Assembly: GCA_943354835.1 (NCBI GenBank)
Contig: CALRDH010000001.1
Location: 1 to 44,459 of the forward strand
Length of the DNA: 44,459 nt
Direction of reading: 5' to 3'
DNA from: a candidate division WWE3 bacterium
GTDB lineage: Bacteria; Patescibacteriota; WWE3; 2-01-FULL-39-13
Below the pieces are notes generated by a model. It was not told where the DNA came from, searched no databases, and saw only the letters and a program-made list of their open reading frames with translations. Shown here one piece after another: positions 37,083-44,459 of the stretch; positions within the stretch are counted from its first letter, which is position 1; every line of letters starts with the position of its first letter. The position numbers and the translations under genes are program-made.

Positions 37083-37991
37083 TTAATCATCAACAAATTT
37101 AATATAGTAATTCTTGTTGCCATATAGTGTGTATTTGCCAGAATCTTCACCAACGTAAGCCTCAACTTTTCTCCCAACGCTATCAGCATTTAAAAGACCA
37201 GTTGACGTAATCCCTTGATATCCACGCGCTAAACTAATTTCAGGTGAAGGATCGCCACCAAGGTCAACTATTATAGACCTACCATCGACCTGTATTTCAC
37301 AAACACCATCAAAATTACAGTCATTTTTAATTGACGTAATTGTGCCGTTGATCTTCATCCCAACGTCAACAAACTCAAACGTAGAGAAGATTTGATCAAC
37401 AAGCTTGTAGTCATCTAACCTATTTATCGAATAATATCCATCAAGGTTCCAAAGCTCGTTAGATTTTAGAATAGTAATATTACGACCTAATTCTGTCCTC
37501 CCAGTAGCTTTTGCATCTACAATAAGTGAATCATCATTAAACTTAACAGCCGAATAACCTTGGTGTTTGTAGAATACTGGATCAACAGCTGCCATAAATG
37601 AGTCTTCTACTTTTAAGATTGGCGTTCCCCAAAAGTTTTTTGGATCAATTCGTAATTGGACATATATTTTTAATCCATATTTGCTCTCAAGCGTAACTTC
37701 AGGACTCAACTCGTATTTCGGCAAAGAAGAAACCTCAATGCCTTCTGGGTATTTAATTGAAAATCTAGAATCTGGATCCGTATACGTCTTCCAGTCCTTC
37801 ATCTGATCTTCTTTTATCCCCTCCGATTCAGGACCTCTTAATTTAGGATCTGTTGATCCGCCGTTGTTTGACACGATTACGACTTTGTTTTTTTGAGTTG
37901 TCGATATGTAGGTTAGTACAGTTCCAAGGATTACAACTAAAAGTAATAAGAATAAACTTACTGCTTTGTTTTTTGGATTATTTAATTGCAT
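37083..37991 (-). CDS. Membrane-anchored surface protein, paralog B
   Basis: TM; ESEGIKEDQMKDWKTYTD..FSIKYP ... VDQIFSTFEF; extra beta-rich C-terminal domain. Confidence 0.75.
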   Translation of the reverse strand: MQLNNPKNKAVSLFLLLLVVILGTVLTYISTTQKNKVVIVSNNGGSTDPKLRGPESEGIKEDQMKDWKTYTDPDSRFSIKYPEGIEVSSLPKYELSPEVTLESKYGLKIYVQLRIDPKNFWGTPILKVEDSFMAAVDPVFYKHQGYSAVKFNDDSLIVDAKATGRTELGRNITILKSNELWNLDGYYSINRLDDYKLVDQIFSTFEFVDVGMKINGTITSIKNDCNFDGVCEIQVDGRSIIVDLGGDPSPEISLARGYQGITSTGLLNADSVGRKVEAYVGEDSGKYTLYGNKNYYIKFVDD

Positions 37992-38017
37992 GTATTTTCA
38001 GTCTACTTAATATAGAT

Positions 38018-38656
38018 TTAGAAATCAAATATAAAGGTATTTATGATTTGTTCAAACACATCAAGGTCACTTGAATTTTCATCTCCATAAATATTTATAG
38101 TCGCTTCTAATACATAATCTGCTTTTGGAATTAAAACAGTTATAAACAAGCTAGGAGACGTTGCCAATATACTTGAAGAAGTAGTCGATACAGCACCACT
38201 ATCATTACTAGCTTTTAGGCCAAGGTGTTTTTCGGAAACTATATTTCCAATCGTAATTGTCGACTTATGAATAACATAACCACTAGAATTTTCTTTTGAA
38301 AAAATAAAATTCTTCGACAATTTAGAAATCTTTAAACTACTATTTGAAGAAGCACAAAAATTTACATCAAAAATTTTAGGCGATCTATAAATTGTGGAAA
38401 CATATCCAGGACAATCAACAACTTTGTAATCATTACTTGGATATCTTAACGTTAATCCAAGATCCATGACATTATACTTTTCCCAATCAGAAGTCGGATC
38501 TTTAGCAATTCCTTCAGACTCAATGACACCGTCCACCTTAACAACATTATTGCTCTGGCTAGAATTTACAACGCGTGAAAGATAAAACAAAAATGAGCCG
38601 ATAAGAACCGTCATCGAAACAATAATAATTGGGAGAAATTTCCTAAAAGTTCTCAT
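38018..38656 (-). CDS. Membrane-anchored surface protein, paralog A (single domain)
   Basis: TM; ESEGIAKDPTSDWEKYN..LTLRYP ... FEQIINTFIF. Confidence 0.75.
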   Translation of the reverse strand: MRTFRKFLPIIIVSMTVLIGSFLFYLSRVVNSSQSNNVVKVDGVIESEGIAKDPTSDWEKYNVMDLGLTLRYPSNDYKVVDCPGYVSTIYRSPKIFDVNFCASSNSSLKISKLSKNFIFSKENSSGYVIHKSTITIGNIVSEKHLGLKASNDSGAVSTTSSSILATSPSLFITVLIPKADYVLEATINIYGDENSSDLDVFEQIINTFIFDF

Positions 38657-38665
38657 GCTATCACT

Positions 38666-39136
38666 TTACCACTTGAAGTGTGCGAAGGCTTTGTTTGCCT
38701 CTGCCATTTTGTGAGTCTCTTGTTTCTTTTTGATTGCCATGCCTTCTTCTTTATATGCAGCTTTTACTTCGCTTGTAAGACTTATAGAAATTGGTGCACC
38801 TTTTTGCTTTTTAGCTGAATCAAGAATCCATCTCATTGCAACTGTTTCAGCTCTATCGTGCTTTACTGGAACTGGTACTTGATAATTAGCTCCACCAACC
38901 CTCCTCGTTCTTACTTCGACTTCTGGCATTACATTTTTAATAGCTTCTTCAAAATATCTGCGAGCTTCTTTAACATCTTCGGCATCGATTGTTTCAAGCA
39001 TATCGTAAACAATTTTTCGAGCTGTAGATTTTTTACCACCAAGCATTACCATATTTATAAATTTAGCAACTACTCTTGATTTATATTTTGTATCTGGTTC
39101 TTTTGGTTCTCTTGGTGCAATTTTTCCACGTGACAT
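38666..39136 (-). CDS. rpsG: 30S ribosomal protein S7
   Basis: GKKSTA, RRVGGANYQVP, HKMAEANKAFAHF. Confidence 0.97.
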   Translation of the reverse strand: MSRGKIAPREPKEPDTKYKSRVVAKFINMVMLGGKKSTARKIVYDMLETIDAEDVKEARRYFEEAIKNVMPEVEVRTRRVGGANYQVPVPVKHDRAETVAMRWILDSAKKQKGAPISISLTSEVKAAYKEEGMAIKKKQETHKMAEANKAFAHFKW

Positions 39137-39137
39137 A

Positions 39138-39563
39138 TTATTCTGCTCCTTTCTTCTTTGGCTTTTTTACGCCATAAATCGATCTACCATTCATTCTATT
39201 CGCGACTCCAAGTAAATCATAAGTTCCACGAACAATCGTATATCTAACTCCTGGGAGATCTTTAACTCTTCCTCCACGAATCATGACAACAGAGTGTTCT
39301 TGTAGATTATGGCCTTCTCCAGGAATATAAGCAGTAACTTCTCTTCTATTTGATAATCTAACTCTTGCGACTTTTCTTAAAGCAGAGTTTGGTTTTTTAG
39401 GCGTTGTTGTTCTAACGCTAACACAAACACCTCTTTTAAAAGATGAATACGTTTTTATATAAGCTCTTTTTTTCGTGTTATACATTACAGAAAGAGCTGG
39501 CGTCTTTATTTTTGATCTTCTGCTTTTTCTATTATTTCTTACTAACTGGTTTATTGTTGGCAT
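39138..39563 (-). CDS. rpsL: 30S ribosomal protein S12
   Basis: [31 protein letters not shown]. Confidence 0.98.
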   Translation of the reverse strand: MPTINQLVRNNRKSRRSKIKTPALSVMYNTKKRAYIKTYSSFKRGVCVSVRTTTPKKPNSALRKVARVRLSNRREVTAYIPGEGHNLQEHSVVMIRGGRVKDLPGVRYTIVRGTYDLLGVANRMNGRSIYGVKKPKKKGAE

Positions 39564-39575
39564 AATTCTAACTTT

Positions 39576-42500
39576 TTAACTTAAACTATCAATTCTTGCA
39601 GCCTCACCGACTGGAATCCTGCGACCAATTATAACATTTTCTTTAAGTCCGATAAGATGATCTATCTTACCAGAAATTGCGCTTTCCGTAAGTACCCCAG
39701 AAGTCTCCTCGAACGAAGCGGCATCAAGCCAGCTTTCTGACATTCTAGAAGCCTTTGAAATACCAAGAAGTACAGGTTTTCCTTCGGCAGGCGTTCCACC
39801 TTTTGCTTTTACTGCTGCATTTTCAGAGATTAATTTGAAAACACTCACAATATCTCCTGGCAAAAGTACAGTATCGCCTTGTTTCTTAATTCTTACTCTA
39901 TTAAACATTTGTCTAATAATTACTTCAACGTGCTTATCATTAATAGCAACCCCTTGTGATCCATAAACTTGTTGAACTTCTTCTAAAGCATAAAGTTGAA
40001 CAGGCATAGATCCTAAAGCCTCATACATGTCTTGCAAGTTCAAGGCTCCTTCTGTCAATTTTGTTCCAGGAACAACGAGATCACCATCAGAAACGATAAT
40101 CTCCATTGATTTCTCTATTACAAATGATTCTTCTTCCTCATCTTTTTTGGTAGGAATAATTGAAATCTTTGTAACATCACCCTGATCAATAACAACTTTC
40201 CCTGAAATCGATGCCATAACAGCTTGAGCTTTTGGCTTTCTAGCTTCAAATATTTCTTCAATTCTTGGAAGACCTTGTGTAATATTTTTAGCTGCAATTC
40301 CTCCGCTATGGAAAGTTCTCATTGTAAGCTGTGTACCCGGCTCTCCGATTGATTGAGCAGCGATAATACCAACTGCCGCACCAACAAGAACATCTTTATT
40401 TGTAGAAAGGTCTGTTCCATAACATTTTGAACACACACCATACATTGCATCACATGTTAAAGCTGACCTTATCTTAACGCTGTCTACTTTTGATTTATTA
40501 ATTTCTTCAGCAATTTCTTTTGTAATAATTGCATTTCTTTTAACAATAACTTTTGATCCATCTTTTACATCTTCTGCACAGTATCTTCCGATTAATCGTA
40601 AATACCATTGATGCAAAGGAATATCCTGGCCACGTCTTATGGTCCTAAATGATTTTGTTTTACAATCTTCAGTTCGAACCATTACATCTTGAGCTATATT
40701 AACAAGTCTTCTTGTTAAATAACCGGCGTCGGCTGTTCCTAAACCTTTATCCATGTAGTTTCTTCTTGTACCACGTCCTGCCAAGAAATAATCAAAGCTC
40801 GACATACCAACAGCATGGTTTCCGAGAACTGGCATATCAATAAGTCTTCCAGACGGATCAGCAATCAAACCCTTTATAGCTGAAATTTGTCTCATCTGTG
40901 CAGGTGAAGCTTTTCCAGCTCCTGCAGCAATAATTATCTTAACCGGATTTTCATCATCCATTGCGCCAATAATTGTTTCATCAAAATGATCTGTTACACC
41001 TTGCCAAATCTTATGACTCATTTTGCTCATTTCACCTTGAGTTATCAAACCCATATGATAATTTTGTTCTACTTGATCAATCTCCAAGTGAGCTGCTTTC
41101 AAAACATCATCCATATCGACAGGTCTCTCACAATCAAAGATTGATAAAGAAATACCTGAAAGTGTAGAGAATCTAAATCCGTAATACTTCAAATCATCAA
41201 TTAATTTAACGGTTGTTGCGATTCCTGTTAAATCTAGTGAATCTTGTATAAGATTTTTTACACCTGATTTTCCAAGAGCCTTATTAAAATAGCCGAATTC
41301 AGAAGGAATTACCTTATTCAAAATAACAAGCCCAGCTGTAGTCTCGACTTCTTTTCCAGAAATCATAACTTTAATTTTTTGTCTTAGATTAACTTTTTTA
41401 CTTCCATATGCACGTAGAACTTCTTCTTTATCTGCAAATATAATCTTGGATTCTGGAAGTCCTTTATCAACAGTTGTCATGTAATAAAGTCCCAAAACCA
41501 TTTCTTTTGATGGAATAGTTACAACAGAACCATCAGCTGGCTTTAACAAATTATTACTTGCAAGCATTAGTTCAATTGCTTCATTAACAGCTCTTTCCGA
41601 TAAAGGAAGATGAACAGCCATTTGGTCTCCATCAAAGTCTGCGTTAAAACCTGCACAAACGACAGGATGTAGCTGTATAGCTTTTCCATCTGTCAACTTT
41701 GGCCAAAATGCCTGAATACTTAATCTGTGTAATGTAGGTGCACGATTTAATAGAACTGGTCTTTTTGCGACAAGCTCTTCTAGTATCGAATATACTTCTG
41801 CTGGTTTTTCATCTAAAACTGATTTAGCAGTCTTCATGTTAGGAGCAAAACCTCTTTCCATTATTTCTCTAATCAAAAACGGCTTGAATAATTCTAAAGC
41901 CATTTCTGTTGGCAAACCGCACTGATCAAGTTCTAGGTTAGGACCAGAAACAATAACTGCACGGCCTGAATAGTCAACGCGTTTTCCAAGTAAGTTTGAT
42001 CTAAAATGACCTTGTTTTCCTTTAATAGAATCGGCTAATGATCTATATGTTTTTCTATCTCTTGTTCTTGATTTTCTTACCTTTGAAGCATCAATCAATG
42101 CATCAACGGCTTCTTGTAACATTCTTTTTTCATTTCTAACAATAATTTCAGGTGCACCAAGCTCCATTAATCTTTTCAACCTATTATTTCGGTTAATAAT
42201 TCTTCTATATAAGTCATTTAAATCAGAAGTCGCAAATCTTCCACCTTCGAGTTGAACCATAGGTCTAAGATCTGGTGGTATAACTGGCAAAACTCTTATT
42301 ATTGTTGAGTATGGATTAACTCCACCTTTTATAAAACTATCAATAGTCTTCAATCTTTTTTTAATTTTCTCAGCTTTTGTTGATTTAGCATGTGCAAGCT
42401 CTTCTCTTAAATCAGTAGCAACTTTCTGTATATCAAATTCTGCTAATATTTTTTGAATGGCTTCAGCACCAATTGAAACCTCACAGAATTCATCAAGATA

Positions 42501-43274
42501 TTCTTCTAAGGAAATGAACTCTTTATCAGTCATTACTGTATGTAGTTCGACTTCGTGTAATTTCTTTTCTATCTTTTTAAGCTCAAGTTCAGCTTTCTCT
42601 TGTTCCACTAATTCTTGATCTCTTGCTTCAGCTGCTTTTTCATTTGCTTTTTGTCTTATTTTTAAAGCTTTATCAACAAGTGATTTTTCCCATTGATCTT
42701 GAGGTCTTGCGTCAAGTGATAAAACCTTACCTTCGGCTTCGTCTAAAATAGCCTTGATTTTCAATTCGACTTCTTCGTGTACTAAATTTCTGGCTTCTAT
42801 GATTTTATCTTCAAATTGTTCAAAAACACCTTCTTTAGATTCAAGGTCAATAGCTGTAACAATAAAAGATGAGAAATATATAACAAGCTCCAAGCTCCTT
42901 GGAGCAATTCCTAAAACATTAGCTAAAACGGACGGAATATTTTTAAAAAACCAAACGTGAGCAACAGGTGAAGCCAAATTTATATGCCCCATTCTTTCTC
43001 TTCTTACCTTTGATGTAGTTACCTGAACTCCACATCTATCACAGACAACACCTTTATATCTTATTCTTTTATATTTTCCGCAATAACATTCATAATCTTT
43101 AACTGGACCAAATATTTTTTCACAGAACAAACCATCTTTTTCTGGTTTAAAAGTACGATAGTTTATAGTTTCTGGCTTTGTAACTTCGCCATATGACCAA
43201 GACAATACATCATCCGAAGATGCCAATGTAATTTTTAATGCGTCAATATCTCTTAGTTTATTTAAATCTTCCAT
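39576..43274 (-). CDS. rpoC: RNA polymerase beta' subunit
   Basis: KPETINYRT, CYCGK..CDRC, LLGKRVDYSGR, NADFDGDQM, GEPGTQLTMRTFH. Confidence 0.98.
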   Translation of the reverse strand: MEDLNKLRDIDALKITLASSDDVLSWSYGEVTKPETINYRTFKPEKDGLFCEKIFGPVKDYECYCGKYKRIRYKGVVCDRCGVQVTTSKVRRERMGHINLASPVAHVWFFKNIPSVLANVLGIAPRSLELVIYFSSFIVTAIDLESKEGVFEQFEDKIIEARNLVHEEVELKIKAILDEAEGKVLSLDARPQDQWEKSLVDKALKIRQKANEKAAEARDQELVEQEKAELELKKIEKKLHEVELHTVMTDKEFISLEEYLDEFCEVSIGAEAIQKILAEFDIQKVATDLREELAHAKSTKAEKIKKRLKTIDSFIKGGVNPYSTIIRVLPVIPPDLRPMVQLEGGRFATSDLNDLYRRIINRNNRLKRLMELGAPEIIVRNEKRMLQEAVDALIDASKVRKSRTRDRKTYRSLADSIKGKQGHFRSNLLGKRVDYSGRAVIVSGPNLELDQCGLPTEMALELFKPFLIREIMERGFAPNMKTAKSVLDEKPAEVYSILEELVAKRPVLLNRAPTLHRLSIQAFWPKLTDGKAIQLHPVVCAGFNADFDGDQMAVHLPLSERAVNEAIELMLASNNLLKPADGSVVTIPSKEMVLGLYYMTTVDKGLPESKIIFADKEEVLRAYGSKKVNLRQKIKVMISGKEVETTAGLVILNKVIPSEFGYFNKALGKSGVKNLIQDSLDLTGIATTVKLIDDLKYYGFRFSTLSGISLSIFDCERPVDMDDVLKAAHLEIDQVEQNYHMGLITQGEMSKMSHKIWQGVTDHFDETIIGAMDDENPVKIIIAAGAGKASPAQMRQISAIKGLIADPSGRLIDMPVLGNHAVGMSSFDYFLAGRGTRRNYMDKGLGTADAGYLTRRLVNIAQDVMVRTEDCKTKSFRTIRRGQDIPLHQWYLRLIGRYCAEDVKDGSKVIVKRNAIITKEIAEEINKSKVDSVKIRSALTCDAMYGVCSKCYGTDLSTNKDVLVGAAVGIIAAQSIGEPGTQLTMRTFHSGGIAAKNITQGLPRIEEIFEARKPKAQAVMASISGKVVIDQGDVTKISIIPTKKDEEEESFVIEKSMEIIVSDGDLVVPGTKLTEGALNLQDMYEALGSMPVQLYALEEVQQVYGSQGVAINDKHVEVIIRQMFNRVRIKKQGDTVLLPGDIVSVFKLISENAAVKAKGGTPAEGKPVLLGISKASRMSESWLDAASFEETSGVLTESAISGKIDHLIGLKENVIIGRRIPVGEAARIDSLS

Positions 43275-43283
43275 AATAATTTA

Positions 43284-44459
43284 TTATTCTTTTGAACTAT
43301 CAACTTCTACTATATCTTCTGCTGTAGGTTCAGGAATGTCGTCTAATTCAGAATCGCTATCATCTTTCAAGTCGTCTTCGCTAAGCTTATCTAAATCATC
43401 AAGCTCTTCTGGATCAATAACAATTGGCTTTTCATCTTCTTCCTCGACTATGGAAGCTGATCTACCAATTGGTGTTATAGCCATCATCAAACCATTAAGC
43501 TGTCTAACTAGAAGCTTAAATGACTCTGGAACATGAGAATCTGGTATCGGCATTCCTTTAATAATTGATTGGAATGCTACATATCTTCCCTTAATGTCGT
43601 CTGATTTAATAGTCAACATTTCATGTAAAAGATTGGAAGCGCCATAACCTTCTAATGCCCAAACTTCCATTTCCCCAAATCTTTGACCTCCAAATTGAGC
43701 CTTTCCACCAAGTGGTTGTTGAGTTATCAAAGAATATGGACCAGTTGACCTTGCATGGATCTTTTCTTCAGCCATGTGGTGCAACTTGTAGATATAAATC
43801 GATCCAACAGTCACATCATGATCAAATGGTTCTCCAGTTGTTCCGTCAAATAATTTTGTCTTTCCAGATTCTGGAAGACCCGCAGCTTTAAGCTCTTCAG
43901 CAATTTTTTCAACCTGCACTTTTCTAAATGGAGGCATTGCATATTTATTTCCGGTTTTATATCCGACCCATCCTAAATGGGATTCAAGAATATTTCCAAT
44001 ATTCATACGGCCAAGAATAGAAGCTGGCGAGATAATTACGTCTATTGTTGTACCATCTGCCAAATATGGCATATCAGCTTCTGGAACTATCTTTGCGATA
44101 ACTCCTTTTTGACCGTGTCTATTCGAAAGTTTGTCTCCAATTGTAATTTTTCTAAATTCAGCAACCTTAACATTTACTTCTCTTAAAACACCCTTTGCCA
44201 TTTGTTCTTTATCACGAGGTGTCATGACTTTTACATCTATAACAACGCCTGATCTTCCATGTGGCAATCTTAATGAGTTATCTTTAACTTCTTTTACTCT
44301 TTCGCCGAAAACTGCTCTTAAAAGTCTTTCTTCTGCAGAAAGTTCTGCCTGACCTTTTGGAGCAATCTTACCGACCAAAATGTCGCCAGATTTAACTTGA
44401 GATCCGATAACAACGATACCGTCTGTGTCTAAGTTTCGTAAAGAATCTTCAGAAACATT
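43284..44459 (-). CDS. rpoB: RNA polymerase beta subunit, C-terminal part (5' end outside the window)
   Basis: Frame open to the window edge (NVSEDSLRNLD..GDILVGK); HARSTGPYSLITQQPLGG, GGQRFGEMEVWALE; acidic tail. Confidence 0.97.
   Translation of the reverse strand, partial: NVSEDSLRNLDTDGIVVIGSQVKSGDILVGKIAPKGQAELSAEERLLRAVFGERVKEVKDNSLRLPHGRSGVVIDVKVMTPRDKEQMAKGVLREVNVKVAEFRKITIGDKLSNRHGQKGVIAKIVPEADMPYLADGTTIDVIISPASILGRMNIGNILESHLGWVGYKTGNKYAMPPFRKVQVEKIAEELKAAGLPESGKTKLFDGTTGEPFDHDVTVGSIYIYKLHHMAEEKIHARSTGPYSLITQQPLGGKAQFGGQRFGEMEVWALEGYGASNLLHEMLTIKSDDIKGRYVAFQSIIKGMPIPDSHVPESFKLLVRQLNGLMMAITPIGRSASIVEEEDEKPIVIDPEELDDLDKLSEDDLKDDSDSELDDIPEPTAEDIVEVDSSKE

Noticed and set aside
34592-38656. 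Diversity-generating retroelement or shufflon acting on the paralogs
   Set aside because: No reverse transcriptase, no template/variable repeat pair with adenine-only mismatches, no invertase or inverted crossover sites seen
13975-44352. Many + strand ORFs (e.g. 14201-14680, 22284-22862, 29077-29520)
   Set aside because: Antisense shadows of conserved ribosomal, EF and RNAP genes, without motifs

Overview
AT-rich bacterial chromosomal segment, almost all on the minus strand. Compact spacing, no rpmD (L30) in the spc operon and strongly diverged core proteins fit a Patescibacteria/CPR-like genome (inference). The right two thirds hold rpoB (partial)-rpoC-rpsL-rpsG, then a ~6.5 kb insertion splitting the str operon (four tandem membrane-anchored paralogs, an MNT-HEPN toxin-antitoxin pair, radC, yhaM). 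After that come fusA, tuf and the S10-spc-alpha superoperon, ending rplQ-rplM-rpsI and tRNA-Pro(GGG). The left third has idi, an FMN reductase, alkA, a PduO-type adenosyltransferase, a stand-alone 5'-3' exonuclease, a GT4, tRNA-Ser(GGA), mscL, a Phd-VapC pair and a tRNA-modification cluster (dusB, Trbp111-like, TRAM-less miaB, miaA). Main oddities: (1) an unannotated 124-nt tight four-way-junction structure at 10069-10192; (2) an EF-G with G4 NKxD changed to NKIN, a rebuilt G5 and several substitutions at fusidic-acid-resistance positions; (3) a modular surface-protein array with DNA-level duplication relics; (4) pervasive -10 boxes right before start codons, suggesting leaderless mRNAs; (5) a shortened L3 and diverged L2 and RNAP motifs. 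All calls are by eye; no database searches were run.
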